Below the pieces are notes generated by a model. It did not search any database and was not told the DNA's origin. It saw only the letters and a list, made by a program, of their open reading frames with translations. Position numbers and translations under genes: made by a program. DNA of 64,000 nt from a virus: the IMG/VR virus record IMGVR_UViG_3300032092_000013, positions 1 to 64,000 of that record; one strand, 5' to 3'. Numbering within the stretch: the stretch's first letter is position 1; every line of letters starts with the position of its first letter. Of this stretch, positions 9,451-20,093 are shown one piece after another.

Positions 9451-10473
9451 TTATCTTTCCTTTCTTGCTAATTCCCAATCAGCTTTAGTCATAATCTTCA
9501 CTAAATCATCAAACTTAACTTTAGGTTCCCATCCAAGCTTTTCTTTAGCTTTAGTTGCATCCCCAAGTAACAAATCTACTTCTGCTGGTCTGAAATACCT
9601 TGGATCAATTTTCACAAGAGCTTTTCCGGTCTTAGTATCAATGCCTTCTTCTTCTACATCTTCACCTCGAAACTCAATATCAATTCCAACTTCTTTAAAT
9701 GATTCTTTACAAAATCTTCTAATAGTATTTGTTTCTCCTGTAGCACAAACATAATCTTCAGGAGTATCCTGTTGCAGCATTCTCCACATCATGTCTGTGT
9801 ATTCTGGAGCATATCCCCAATCTCGTTTGGCATCTAAATTCCCAAGATACAAACAATCCTGCAAACCTTCTTTGATTCTTCCAACTGCTCTTGTAATTTT
9901 TCTTGATACAAAGGTTTCTCCTCTTCTAGGAGATTCGTGGTTAAATAATACTCCATTTGAAGCATGTATACCATAAGATTCCCTATAGTTAATAACACTC
10001 CAATAACCAAATAATTTTGCTACACCATATGGAGAACGAGGATAGAAAGGAGTTTTTTCTGTTTGAGGACACTCTTGAATTTTACCGTATAATTCAGAAG
10101 TTGATGCTTGATAGAATCTCGTTTTATCTTTTAGGCCAACTTCTTTGATTGCATCTAAAAATCTAAGAGTTCCTAATGCATCAACTTGAGCTGTATATTC
10201 TGGAATATCAAATGATACTCTTACGTGACTCTGTGCAGCTAAGTTATAAATTTCATCTGGACCAATTTGTTCAAGCAAACGGTTTACGTTAGAAGTATCT
10301 GTTACATCTCCATAGTGCAGTTTGAGGTCTTGGTAAATATGATCAATACGGGAGGTATTAAATGAAGAACTTCGTCGGACCATTCCATGCACTTGATACC
10401 CCTTATCTAAAAGCTGTTCAGCAAGATATGAACCGTCTTGTCCAGTAATACCTGTTATTAGGGCTTTCTTCAT
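9451..10473 (-). CDS. gmd: GDP-mannose 4,6-dehydratase
   Basis: [50 protein letters not shown]. Confidence 0.97.
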   Translation of the reverse strand: MKKALITGITGQDGSYLAEQLLDKGYQVHGMVRRSSSFNTSRIDHIYQDLKLHYGDVTDTSNVNRLLEQIGPDEIYNLAAQSHVRVSFDIPEYTAQVDALGTLRFLDAIKEVGLKDKTRFYQASTSELYGKIQECPQTEKTPFYPRSPYGVAKLFGYWSVINYRESYGIHASNGVLFNHESPRRGETFVSRKITRAVGRIKEGLQDCLYLGNLDAKRDWGYAPEYTDMMWRMLQQDTPEDYVCATGETNTIRRFCKESFKEVGIDIEFRGEDVEEEGIDTKTGKALVKIDPRYFRPAEVDLLLGDATKAKEKLGWEPKVKFDDLVKIMTKADWELARKER

Positions 10474-10521
10474 CTTTTATATATATAAGAAATAATAAAA
10501 ATATAGCCATGGCGATATTTT

Positions 10522-11361
10522 CTAAAATTTAATCAATTTAAAATTAGAAAAAACATTTTCTATTAAAATTTGAAAATGTAAAAAATAATCTTTCAAACAA
10601 CTATTTTTAACATATGGGTGTATAAGAATATGATTTGGATTTTTAGCCAATACAGAACCCAATATACCAAAACAAGAGGGGCAGCAAATATTATAATCAC
10701 TCAAAGTCATAAGACTTAATTGTATATAATTAATAAAATTTGCTCTTATTACCTCTCTGTCTTTAAAAAGGTATGTTAATTCGGATGAATTATTCACCCA
10801 TTCAAAATCATTCGATATGATCAATAATGTCACATCCTTAGGTATTTGTTCTAAAGCATTTTTATAATAATCCATATATGAATCCATATATATAGGATAA
10901 TCACCCCTTCTAAAGTTAACACAACACGTAGGCTTTCCTATTTTTTTTATAATGGAATTTGCAATTTCTAAAAATTTTGTTTTTATTTTAAAAATATTTT
11001 TAATCTCTGGTACAATATTTTTCCAATATACATAACCGTAATCAAAGCGCGCATTTAATATATAGTTGCAATTAGGATCAAGCTTTAAAATATTTTCCTC
11101 TATAACAGGTGAGTTGCAATATTGACTATTATATATTTGATAATCAACATTTTCGGGAAATGCGGAAAACGGTGTATCAAAACACTCTTCTACGACACCA
11201 AAAAATCTATTAGGCATTGTCGAAAATGCAACTTCGTGGCCTGTATGTTTTGATATAGCATACATGCAAAAATAATTAAAAGTTTGTGATCCCAACATCT
11301 CATTACAGCTAATGATATCATTTGTTATATAATGTTTATTCATATAAATGTTTCGATACAA
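10522..11361 (-). CDS. GT11-like alpha-1,2-fucosyltransferase
   Basis: MLGSQ.F.Y N-terminal motif and VNFRRGDY donor-binding motif. Adjacent to gmd/fcl. Confidence 0.7.
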   Translation of the reverse strand: MYRNIYMNKHYITNDIISCNEMLGSQTFNYFCMYAISKHTGHEVAFSTMPNRFFGVVEECFDTPFSAFPENVDYQIYNSQYCNSPVIEENILKLDPNCNYILNARFDYGYVYWKNIVPEIKNIFKIKTKFLEIANSIIKKIGKPTCCVNFRRGDYPIYMDSYMDYYKNALEQIPKDVTLLIISNDFEWVNNSSELTYLFKDREVIRANFINYIQLSLMTLSDYNICCPSCFGILGSVLAKNPNHILIHPYVKNSCLKDYFLHFQILIENVFSNFKLIKF

Positions 11362-12115
11362 TATCGATACCTTTTTCTAAACCAATAAAATTTATAAAAT
11401 TTTGATCAGTTGTATTTCCTGTATATGGAAAACCTAATTCAGTATTTTCTACATGAATATTTTTTTTATGATCTATTTTATAAAGATTGCATATGTATTT
11501 GGCGATATCATATAATGTATATTTTTTGATATAAGTACATTCAAATAGTTTATATGAAAATTCATTTTTTATATAGCAATCAACTATACTTAGTAGATCT
11601 TGCATATAAAAAAAATCAAAAAATTTATTTTGATATATATTTATATATTCATTTTTTTTACATTTTTGAATGCTTGATTTAATGAATCTCGTATCTAATT
11701 CATTTTCATCAAACAATCCAAATATTCTTAAATTATAAAAATTATTTTGTTCTATTATAGATTTGTTGATAATTCGTTTACTCAGACCGTATGGTGACTC
11801 GGGTGCTGTGATTTCTGCTCCAGAACCAAAATGGATTAATTTTCCGAATTTATTTCTATTGTTAAGTAAATTATAGTACATTCGAAGATTATTATCCATA
11901 TCCGAATATGTATCTGTTGTTAGCCTACTACCACCACTAACAGCGGTATGTATTATAATATCAAAATATTTTCCATGAAAGTAATTTGCTGTTTCGTGAG
12001 AATTACTCAAATCAAAATTTTGTCTCTTTACAGAAATTACATTATATTTTTTCTTTAAATTATTAAATAAAGAATTCCCAATATAACCACCGCCTCCAGT
12101 AATCAATATTTTCAT
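11336..12115 (-). CDS. NAD-dependent sugar epimerase/reductase (SDR)
   Basis: ITGGGGYIG, FGSGAE, YGLSK. Confidence 0.85.
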   Translation of the reverse strand: MKILITGGGGYIGNSLFNNLKKKYNVISVKRQNFDLSNSHETANYFHGKYFDIIIHTAVSGGSRLTTDTYSDMDNNLRMYYNLLNNRNKFGKLIHFGSGAEITAPESPYGLSKRIINKSIIEQNNFYNLRIFGLFDENELDTRFIKSSIQKCKKNEYINIYQNKFFDFFYMQDLLSIVDCYIKNEFSYKLFECTYIKKYTLYDIAKYICNLYKIDHKKNIHVENTELGFPYTGNTTDQNFINFIGLEKGIDIVSKHLYE

Positions 12116-12648
12116 TTTGATTTACAAAAATCAGCAAATTCAACTAAAATTGTATTTTTACCATCAGTTCTGTTCAATGCCTTTATATATGAAGGAACAA
12201 TATCCTCTGATTCAATTAATTCAATAATTTCAGTATTTTTCGTCATATATCTAAATGCATCAGAAAAATTTCCTTTATGTTGACATTGGGGATCTACGGG
12301 TTGTTCGCTGCCTACTGCTACTCTTATAATGACCCGCGGTGTACATTTTCCATCAGACATTGAATTGAATTTATCTAAATGATTTACAATTTGATCAACA
12401 CCCATCAACAAAAAATTCCAACGAGGAAAAGTTGATATAGGAATTAGTCCTTCAATTGCCATGCCATTGGCTAAACCACATTGCAAATATTCTGCAACAG
12501 GTAATTCAATTTTTTTATTTGTGGGTAAATGTTTTAATGAATCATAAAGTCCTGTGCCTTCAAACTCAACAGCTTGGCCAATAAAAAAAGTTTTTGGATG
12601 TTCGGCTAATAAAGACATAGCCTTTTTTATTTCTTCAAAATATTTCAT
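12112..12648 (-). CDS. TPP-enzyme beta subunit (PDH E1beta/transketolase pyrimidine-binding domain only)
   Basis: IGQAV, IELPVAE..QCGLANGMA, DQIVNHLDK, GSEQPVDPQCQH. Lacks the C-terminal domain. Confidence 0.8.
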   Translation of the reverse strand: MKYFEEIKKAMSLLAEHPKTFFIGQAVEFEGTGLYDSLKHLPTNKKIELPVAEYLQCGLANGMAIEGLIPISTFPRWNFLLMGVDQIVNHLDKFNSMSDGKCTPRVIIRVAVGSEQPVDPQCQHKGNFSDAFRYMTKNTEIIELIESEDIVPSYIKALNRTDGKNTILVEFADFCKSK

Positions 12649-12651
12649 ATA

Positions 12652-13281
12652 TTAAAATTGTACTCTTTTGCCTGCGCCTGCATGTGGATATTTTTTATTA
12701 TCATATTGATAATAAATTAAATTTTCTTGTTTGTATATACCCCCAGTATATTCCGAATTTAAATAATATGGCATTTCTCTTTTCCAAACTTCTGGCGTCG
12801 GTGTACAAACAGATTTTTTATTATCTTCCACGATAAAAGTAATTGGTAATTTATGATTTACACTGTATTTGTACGCCTCATGAAAAGCACCAGTTTCTGC
12901 ACTCATGTCACCGACCCAACACCAAACCTTATTAGTTTTATTTTGTAATTTTATCGACATTGCGATACCAGCTGCAATAGAAGGTATACCCCCCACAATT
13001 GAACTACAAATAAATTTATATTCTGGCAAATTCATAATCATAGACTTACCATTTATTATTTTTTCTTTCAAGAGACTGCTGGGTATACCTTTTAATAACG
13101 CTTGATAATGGTTTCTCCATGTACAACATACCCAATCATTTTCAGTATCTATATCAGCAAAAATTGATAGCATTATGTCTTCATTGCCGTGATAGAGGTG
13201 AATAGGGGCTTTGATTTCGCCTTGATTAAAAATATCTCCTATTTCCGTTTCAAAATTTATAAGTGTTTCTTTTGTTACCAT
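12652..13281 (-). CDS. TPP-enzyme alpha subunit (PDH E1alpha-like)
   Basis: APIHLYHGNE, SSIVGG, GDMSAETGAFHEA...VEDN (GD..N TPP motif). Confidence 0.85.
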   Translation of the reverse strand: MVTKETLINFETEIGDIFNQGEIKAPIHLYHGNEDIMLSIFADIDTENDWVCCTWRNHYQALLKGIPSSLLKEKIINGKSMIMNLPEYKFICSSIVGGIPSIAAGIAMSIKLQNKTNKVWCWVGDMSAETGAFHEAYKYSVNHKLPITFIVEDNKKSVCTPTPEVWKREMPYYLNSEYTGGIYKQENLIYYQYDNKKYPHAGAGKRVQF

Positions 13282-14234
13282 ATAAAATTATTTTTATAAT
13301 AATTTGTAATTTTTGTTAATTCGTCATCAAAATTTGCTGCCGGCTTCCAACCTAGATTTCTTAATTTATCATCATTTAATGCATATCTCAAATCTTGACC
13401 TTCTCTATTATAGCTAAAATCAATATACTTTTCAATATCATTAATGCCATAACAATTTAATATTTTTTTGAAGGTTTCAAGATTACTTTGCTCATATCCG
13501 CCACAAATGTTGTATATTTCATTTTTAACATTATTGTCAATTATTGTCATAATACCAGATGCTGTGTCTTTTGCATGTAACCAATTTCGAATTGGACTAC
13601 CATTGTTATGTAATGGCATTTTTTTATTCAAATTTATATATTTGCATGCTTTTGGAATTAGTTTTTCAACATATTGGCCTATGCCATAATTATTAGTGGG
13701 CCTGACAATTACATAAGGTATATTAAAAGTTCTAGACCATGCCAAAATTAACATGTCGGCTGCTGCCTTTGTAGCTGAATAAGGATTGCTTGGTTTTAAT
13801 ATATCTGTTTCTATGTGTTCACCTTCGATTATATCACCATATACTTCATCTGTACTAAAATGCAGCAATGTTGGTTTTTTATTTGTTTCTTGTCGATAAT
13901 TTTTTATTAATTCTAATAATTTATAAACACCATCTATATTTGAATGAATGAATTCTTGACTATCGGTAATTGAATTACCTACATGAGTTTCTGCTGCAGT
14001 ATTTATTACATAATCACATTCATATAAAAATTTTAAATCATTGATATCACAGTGCAAAAAAGAAAAATTAGAATATTGATTAAATTCATCTAGCAATTTT
14101 TTATTAGATGCGTATGTCATTTTGTCTACTCCTTTAACGTACCAACCACGTAGTAAACATTCTCTTGTTACATAAGATCCTATAAATCCTAAACATCCTG
14201 TTACATATACTATTTTTTTCATAAATTTGGCCAA
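13275..14234 (-). CDS. NDP-glucose 4,6-dehydratase (RmlB-like paralogue)
   Basis: TGCLGFIG, AAETHVGNS, STDEVYG, YSATK, EKLIP. Confidence 0.85.
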   Translation of the reverse strand: MAKFMKKIVYVTGCLGFIGSYVTRECLLRGWYVKGVDKMTYASNKKLLDEFNQYSNFSFLHCDINDLKFLYECDYVINTAAETHVGNSITDSQEFIHSNIDGVYKLLELIKNYRQETNKKPTLLHFSTDEVYGDIIEGEHIETDILKPSNPYSATKAAADMLILAWSRTFNIPYVIVRPTNNYGIGQYVEKLIPKACKYINLNKKMPLHNNGSPIRNWLHAKDTASGIMTIIDNNVKNEIYNICGGYEQSNLETFKKILNCYGINDIEKYIDFSYNREGQDLRYALNDDKLRNLGWKPAANFDDELTKITNYYKNNFIW

Positions 14235-14893
14235 TATTCTTTTATTAAATTTACACGTTCAGATGCAGAAGTACCTGTTAAATGAACTAAAAAGGATTCA
14301 GGTGTCCACGGATCTACAATACCTGTGCGATTATTATCTTCTCTCCAGGTTTTAGTATTAATTAAACAAGATGGCACACTGTTTAAAAATTTATGAGGCA
14401 ATATATTAAACATGTGTTTATATTCTGGTAAATTGGAGTAAATGTAGTTTAAGGTGCCTTGCTCTTGTAAAATATCATTTAACCAAAAACGAGATATTTG
14501 CAAAAACATATCAAATAACTTTTGTGTATCATCATTTCTTGATACTATGAAATTACCCGTACTAAAAGTAGTATAATGCATCCAATCATATGATGCTGTA
14601 ACACAACTTTTTTCATTTACAAAATCACTAATTTTATAATTTGGATTGGTAATTAATGCATCAGCATCAATCCACATAATATGTTCATATTGTCTTAATA
14701 ATTTGAAGCATGTAGTTGCTCTCAAAAATCCAATATGCCTGGAATCAAAACCACATTTTTTGTCTGCTGAAAATGACCTTAAACACATAAAATCATAACC
14801 ATGGTTAAACGCATATTTCTGTTTCGAAGAAACAGATAAGTCTAAAACTTCATGCATACTTGAATCTGAGCCAGTAACTATCAATGTTTTCAT
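14219..14893 (-). CDS. GT34-like glycosyltransferase
   Basis: KQKYAFNHGYDF, MWIDADALITN, EQGTLN, FLVHLTG. Confidence 0.7.
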   Translation of the reverse strand: MKTLIVTGSDSSMHEVLDLSVSSKQKYAFNHGYDFMCLRSFSADKKCGFDSRHIGFLRATTCFKLLRQYEHIMWIDADALITNPNYKISDFVNEKSCVTASYDWMHYTTFSTGNFIVSRNDDTQKLFDMFLQISRFWLNDILQEQGTLNYIYSNLPEYKHMFNILPHKFLNSVPSCLINTKTWREDNNRTGIVDPWTPESFLVHLTGTSASERVNLIKEYWPNL

Positions 14894-16213
14894 CTATTTT
14901 TTAAAAAAAATATTTACAATATTTTCAATATAATCAATTTGTTCGTCAGTAATTACAGGACTTGTACCTAAAAAGAAAGTATCCGTAGTAACTTTTCTGG
15001 CATTAGGAAAGTTTTTAATAACATCCTCAGCTGCTATTAATCCTTCATAAGCTGGTTGTAACATAATGTTACCTGCAAAATAAGGTCTGGTTTGTATTTT
15101 ATTACTTTCTAAATAATTGACAATATCAAATCTTTTAAACGGGGCATTGTCTTTTATAGTAAGAGCAAAAGCAAACCAACTAGGATCGCTTAATTCTGTA
15201 GCTTTCGGCAAAACAAAAAATTCTTCATGTGGTTTAAAAATTTCAACTAAACGTTGATGATTATGCTTTCTTCTTTTGGTAATTTCTGGAAGCTTTTTAA
15301 GTTGCTCTAACCCCATAGCAGCTTGTAGTTCAATTGGTTTTAAATTATAACCAATCTCATCATATACGTATTTATGATCAAATACTTCGTCCGGCAATGA
15401 AGGTAACCAATTAGAAAATCTTTTACCACAACTTCCATTTTTAAGTAAATTAGCTTTTAAACCAGTACAAAAACAACCTCTACCCCATTCTCTAAAACTG
15501 CGAGCAACAGTTTCTTGATGCTTTGTGTTACATGCAACAAAGCCACCTTCTCCCATGGTAATGTGATGGGCAGGGTAAAAGGAACAACTTGCAAATTCAC
15601 CAAAACTTCCTAACAATTTACCATTATAAGAAGAACCTAATGCATCACAACAATCTTCAAGTAGTACTAAATTATAATTTTTTACTATTTGCATTAGTTG
15701 ATTCATATTAGGAGGATTTCCTAATACATGAGCAAACGTAATAACTTTAGCTCCTTTTTTAGCTTGCTCTTCTACTTGTTCTAAATTTAGATTAAGTGTA
15801 TCTAAATCAATATCAACAAAAGCCGGTTCAAACCCACATTGAAAAATGGGGTTAATTGTAGTAGGAAATCCGGCAATTGGAGTAATAACTTTAGTTCCTT
15901 TAGGAAAATTATACAACCTTTTTGAAGTCAGGGAAGACATCATTATTAAATTTGAACTACTACCGCTGTTAGTAAGAATACCGTATTCTTTTCCTACTTC
16001 TTTAGGGAAAACATTTTCAAAAGAAAGTCCTTTTGACCCCAAAACTAACCAACCTTCTAATAAAGTTTCTATGGAAGAAATATATTCATTTTCATCAAAA
16101 TATGGCCCAGCATATTGGACCCAGTCTTTTCCTGGTATCCACGGTTTTTCTAGGGTTTTTTGATTGATTAATTCTTTAATTAAAGAGAAAATTTGAGTTT
16201 TTTTATTTTGCAT
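14894..16213 (-). CDS. rfbH: PLP/PMP-dependent NDP-4-keto-6-deoxyglucose 3-dehydrase (RfbH/AscC/SpnQ family)
   Basis: NSGSSSNL, EDCCDALGS, SFYPAHHITMGEGG (His at the usual Lys position), WGRGCFC...SCGKRF Fe-S cysteines, DHKYVY..IGYNLK. Confidence 0.9.
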   Translation of the reverse strand: MQNKKTQIFSLIKELINQKTLEKPWIPGKDWVQYAGPYFDENEYISSIETLLEGWLVLGSKGLSFENVFPKEVGKEYGILTNSGSSSNLIMMSSLTSKRLYNFPKGTKVITPIAGFPTTINPIFQCGFEPAFVDIDLDTLNLNLEQVEEQAKKGAKVITFAHVLGNPPNMNQLMQIVKNYNLVLLEDCCDALGSSYNGKLLGSFGEFASCSFYPAHHITMGEGGFVACNTKHQETVARSFREWGRGCFCTGLKANLLKNGSCGKRFSNWLPSLPDEVFDHKYVYDEIGYNLKPIELQAAMGLEQLKKLPEITKRRKHNHQRLVEIFKPHEEFFVLPKATELSDPSWFAFALTIKDNAPFKRFDIVNYLESNKIQTRPYFAGNIMLQPAYEGLIAAEDVIKNFPNARKVTTDTFFLGTSPVITDEQIDYIENIVNIFFKK

Positions 16214-16250
16214 ATTTTATATTATAATATTTCTTTTACAATTCAATATT

Positions 16251-17033
16251 TTAATAATGCGGAAGATGTTTATCTATTTGATTTGATCTGCATTCGGGAT
16301 TGAGCATTAAGCTATATCCTATTACATTACTAGCTGTATGAATTACCTCATTGCATAATGAAATGCATACACCATCTAAAATCACGTCTTCCATTAATTT
16401 ATGTTTATATGGAAAAGTTGGATCTAAATGTAATCCTTGACCAGTAGTACTTCTAATTATATTTTTATTATAAATTACGGTTTTTTCTCCATATCTATTA
16501 ATAATTTGTTCTAAAACCTTTTCATCATCAGTTGCAACAAATAAACCGTTAATTGATTTATTTTTTCTTACAGCTGTTTCTATTGCATTAAAATAATCAG
16601 TTATCGGGAGATAAGGTCTGTGTTGTGTCGAATCTGTATATCTTGCATGTACACCTAAACAACATTTGTTTATTTGAACTTTAGCTATATCAAACATTTT
16701 ATTATATATAGGATTTTCGAAATATTTAATATGTGTAAGAATATTATTGAGTTCTGTAAATATAGACTTATTTGCAAACACAAAAGGAGCCCAAATTTTA
16801 ACTTCTTCGAGAGCATCTACATGTAAAATACTATCAGGCATTTCTATGACTGTCTGCCTAACAAAAACATCATCATATAAATTTTTTGTTTGATCATCTT
16901 GATAGCGCCAATTGTTCCATATTATGTTATAATCTGTAATATTATTTTTATAGCAATGCAGCAAACTACTTACAATTAAATTAAAGTCAGAAAAAAAGCC
17001 TGAATGTCGTTGTTGTTTAATTAATAATTTCAT
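16251..17033 (-). CDS. NodZ/GT23-like alpha-1,6-fucosyltransferase
   Basis: SGFFSDFN, LGVHARYTD, LFVATDD, SNV motifs. Confidence 0.65.
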   Translation of the reverse strand: MKLLIKQQRHSGFFSDFNLIVSSLLHCYKNNITDYNIIWNNWRYQDDQTKNLYDDVFVRQTVIEMPDSILHVDALEEVKIWAPFVFANKSIFTELNNILTHIKYFENPIYNKMFDIAKVQINKCCLGVHARYTDSTQHRPYLPITDYFNAIETAVRKNKSINGLFVATDDEKVLEQIINRYGEKTVIYNKNIIRSTTGQGLHLDPTFPYKHKLMEDVILDGVCISLCNEVIHTASNVIGYSLMLNPECRSNQIDKHLPHY

Positions 17034-17897
17034 TTATATAACTTTATTATGTTTTATTGCATAATCATATATGCCCATACCCCAATCACCAAGATTGGGA
17101 ATGTTATATTTTTTTGTATATTTTTTAATATATTGCAATTTGAAATTATCCTCTATAGATTGTGTAGAATAAATATCTTCTCTTATTTGTAAAGGAAAAT
17201 TGAAGTCTTTGTATATCCAATTAAAATTATTTACAGATAAATCATAATCATTTCGATTTATAATATGAACTCCTTGTTCTAAATTTGCTACATAATCCCA
17301 AACCTTCCAAAAATATTGCTTAATACCAACCCAGCGTTTGTCCAGCCACTGCAAATGCGATATAAATAAATGCTGTGGATCAACACGTGTAGCTTTATGA
17401 TTATAAGGTAAATGACTTGAGTGACTAAATGCCTTTCCAAATTTTGCATCAAAACCGAAATTGCCTACTCTATCATGATACACGTTATCCCATGGTGAAT
17501 CAATTCTGATTTTATTTTTACTAGTATATTGGATCCACTGAAGCATTAATGTTGTATTTTTATTTTTGTCTAAAATAAATTCTAGATTTTCTTTAGAAGC
17601 CAAACCATCCAAATATTCATCCGTGTCTAAACATATTAAATTATTAGAATATTTGCATGCAACGTCAAAAAGTTTTTGTCTGCAATTTGTTTCATATTCT
17701 TCTGCTTTAACATTTTCATTACTTTCTAATATTTCTAATATATTATATTTTTCTTTATTTGCATGCAAATATTCTAAAGTGTCATCAGTTGATGAGTCAC
17801 TGATAAAAACAAACCCATCTGCATATTTTTTCCATATGGGTAACATTTCTTTTATTAAAAAACATTCGTTGCGCGTACGCGTCATTTGTACTATCAT
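17034..17897 (-). CDS. GT2-like glycosyltransferase
   Basis: RTRNE, DSSTDDT, CLDTDE. Confidence 0.75.
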   Translation of the reverse strand: MIVQMTRTRNECFLIKEMLPIWKKYADGFVFISDSSTDDTLEYLHANKEKYNILEILESNENVKAEEYETNCRQKLFDVACKYSNNLICLDTDEYLDGLASKENLEFILDKNKNTTLMLQWIQYTSKNKIRIDSPWDNVYHDRVGNFGFDAKFGKAFSHSSHLPYNHKATRVDPQHLFISHLQWLDKRWVGIKQYFWKVWDYVANLEQGVHIINRNDYDLSVNNFNWIYKDFNFPLQIREDIYSTQSIEDNFKLQYIKKYTKKYNIPNLGDWGMGIYDYAIKHNKVI

Positions 17898-17898
17898 A

Positions 17899-18564
17899 TT
17901 ATTTAAAATTATTTTTCTTTCTGGTTAAAAAAACATTTTTATCATATTCTTCTAATTTGTCATTTCTTATATATAATTCATCAGGCAACTCATTAATAAT
18001 TGAGTATTGTATGTGTTTTATAATTACATCATCAAAATATTTCGCCTTATTTAAACTTGTCGAGACAATAGTAAATTCGGTATCAGAATATAATGACTTG
18101 TAATCCGGATGATATATATAACCAAATCTATCATAATATTTTTTACCCAATATACATAATGTATTAAGTCTATCTTTTTGATAACCATCATTAAACCAGA
18201 GCACACCATCGGTATCTGGAAAATACTCTGACATTTTTTTCTTGATTATTTGATCATATCCTGCTTTTACGGGAAGCATATCATCTGATGCTAATAATAA
18301 AATATCAAAATTTTTATCTTTTAAATTATTATTAATTGCTTCTATTTTTGTTTTATTTTCGCAAAAATAATAGGAGAGAAATGGGTATGTTTGTAACTTT
18401 TCAATTACCGAATTATTGTTCATTGTTGCATCATCTATGTCGCAAGATACAACAAATTCAAAATTTGAATCTCGCAACATCGAATAATATTCATCTATTA
18501 TTTTAAAAAATTTACTGGGTCTATTTCGTGTAGGAAATTTAATTAGCAATTTTAAATTATTCAT
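17899..18564 (-). CDS. GT-A fold glycosyltransferase
   Basis: KFPTRNRP, LASDDMLP, YKSLYSDTEFT. Confidence 0.7.
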   Translation of the reverse strand: MNNLKLLIKFPTRNRPSKFFKIIDEYYSMLRDSNFEFVVSCDIDDATMNNNSVIEKLQTYPFLSYYFCENKTKIEAINNNLKDKNFDILLLASDDMLPVKAGYDQIIKKKMSEYFPDTDGVLWFNDGYQKDRLNTLCILGKKYYDRFGYIYHPDYKSLYSDTEFTIVSTSLNKAKYFDDVIIKHIQYSIINELPDELYIRNDKLEEYDKNVFLTRKKNNFK

Positions 18565-18569
18565 AAAAA

Positions 18570-19301
18570 TTAAATTGAATTAATTTTAATATTTTTGTAT
18601 ATTTCTATTTGGTCTTGATATACTCTTTCAATAAACTTACCATATTTTAGTAATTCACTATTATTATGGGTAGCAGAAGGATCCAGATCAATATTTCCGT
18701 CTTTATTTCCATACTTTAAAACTCGCCATGACATACCTTCGTAATGTTTAAAGTAAACATCTTGTAAATTAACATTTCCTATTTTTAAATTATTTTTCTT
18801 TATATCTTCAAAAAAAGTTGCTCCTACATCATATATTTTATCTGTCTTATTGTTTTGGTGTCTGTCAATATCAAAAAATTTTATATTTTTATTTTTTATT
18901 TTTTCAATATCTATAAAACAATGCCATGGGTGAACTCTATTATGTAGGCGCTTGCCTCCCCGATCACCGCAAATTTCCCCCATCAATGTTAAATCCATTA
19001 ATTTGAATTGCTTGAAAATATCTTCGTGTGCTTTGAGAAAAATAATATCAGTATCTACCAATAGCATATATTTTGTTTTACAATTATTAATTAGTATATC
19101 TACAGATGGTGCATGTAATCCGTTTTTATTTTTAATAAAATTAACACGATGATCTTGCAATAATTTTGAAGTATCATCATTTGTAGAATTATCACAAATT
19201 AAAACAGATGTCTGATCATGAAATTTAAAAAACGACTTTAACATAGTTAAAGTCACATCTGGTGTATTGTATGAACATGTAGCTAAAGTAATATCATTCA
19301 T
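18570..19301 (-). CDS. GT2-like glycosyltransferase
   Basis: CSYNT, CDNSTND, LLVDTDI, YDVG. Confidence 0.75.
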   Translation of the reverse strand: MNDITLATCSYNTPDVTLTMLKSFFKFHDQTSVLICDNSTNDDTSKLLQDHRVNFIKNKNGLHAPSVDILINNCKTKYMLLVDTDIIFLKAHEDIFKQFKLMDLTLMGEICGDRGGKRLHNRVHPWHCFIDIEKIKNKNIKFFDIDRHQNNKTDKIYDVGATFFEDIKKNNLKIGNVNLQDVYFKHYEGMSWRVLKYGNKDGNIDLDPSATHNNSELLKYGKFIERVYQDQIEIYKNIKINSI

Positions 19302-20080
19302 TTGTTTTTATAAATTTGTTTTAATTTTTGTTTTACTTGATCTAAAGATAAGTTGGGTGTGTGTAATATATGATGGCCATGTTTCTTAGTGAAATGGTCA
19401 TAAGACTTTGCAATAATGTTATTGCGATTATTACCTTGTGAAATAGTACTAGTAGACGGTGACCACGGGAAGTCTTCTAGATATTGATTTGAATTAGCTA
19501 TATCAGCAAACCACCAAAAAGGGGGATGCATCTCTTTTTTGATAATAGTATAGGTATGATCTAAATGTTCGGTTGCATTAAAATAAAAATCATCCATTAA
19601 TCCTGATTCAGCTAAACAACGTTTAGTATAAAAAGAAAATGCACCAACACAATGCATATGCAAATCTATAGATATATTATTTTTATAATCAATTCTAGTG
19701 CGGGGGTTAGGGATTTCAGTACCTGTTTTTTTATTCATCAACCCATGTTGACTATAATTAAAATGTTGAATGCCAGTTTCAAGTGAAGCTTCTATATATT
19801 TTGTAAAAACATTATTGTCTTTTATAAGGATATCATCTTCCATTAAAAAATAATAATCACAGTCTTTTGATTGCAAATATTTCAAAGCATCGTTCTTTGA
19901 AATACCAATTCCTTTGTTTTTGGCATGTTGTATTAAATGATAAGGAACATCAAAATCATAAGGTGTGCCGTCGTTGACAACCACAATTTCATTTATTTTG
20001 CTATTATCAATTCGTTTGATACATTCTTTAAAGTAATCAGGTCTCTTATACGTAAGAATACCTAAACCTATTTTTGACAT
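19298..20080 (-). CDS. GT2-like glycosyltransferase
   Basis: LTYKRP, VVNDG, GIGISKN, FLMEDD, EHLD. Confidence 0.8.
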   Translation of the reverse strand: MSKIGLGILTYKRPDYFKECIKRIDNSKINEIVVVNDGTPYDFDVPYHLIQHAKNKGIGISKNDALKYLQSKDCDYYFLMEDDILIKDNNVFTKYIEASLETGIQHFNYSQHGLMNKKTGTEIPNPRTRIDYKNNISIDLHMHCVGAFSFYTKRCLAESGLMDDFYFNATEHLDHTYTIIKKEMHPPFWWFADIANSNQYLEDFPWSPSTSTISQGNNRNNIIAKSYDHFTKKHGHHILHTPNLSLDQVKQKLKQIYKNK

Positions 20081-20093
20081 ATATTTATTAACT

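Noticed and set aside
12112-13281. Pyruvate dehydrogenase auxiliary metabolic genes
   Set aside because: There is no E2/E3, both subunits are short, and they are embedded among NDP-sugar enzymes. Sugar branching fits better.
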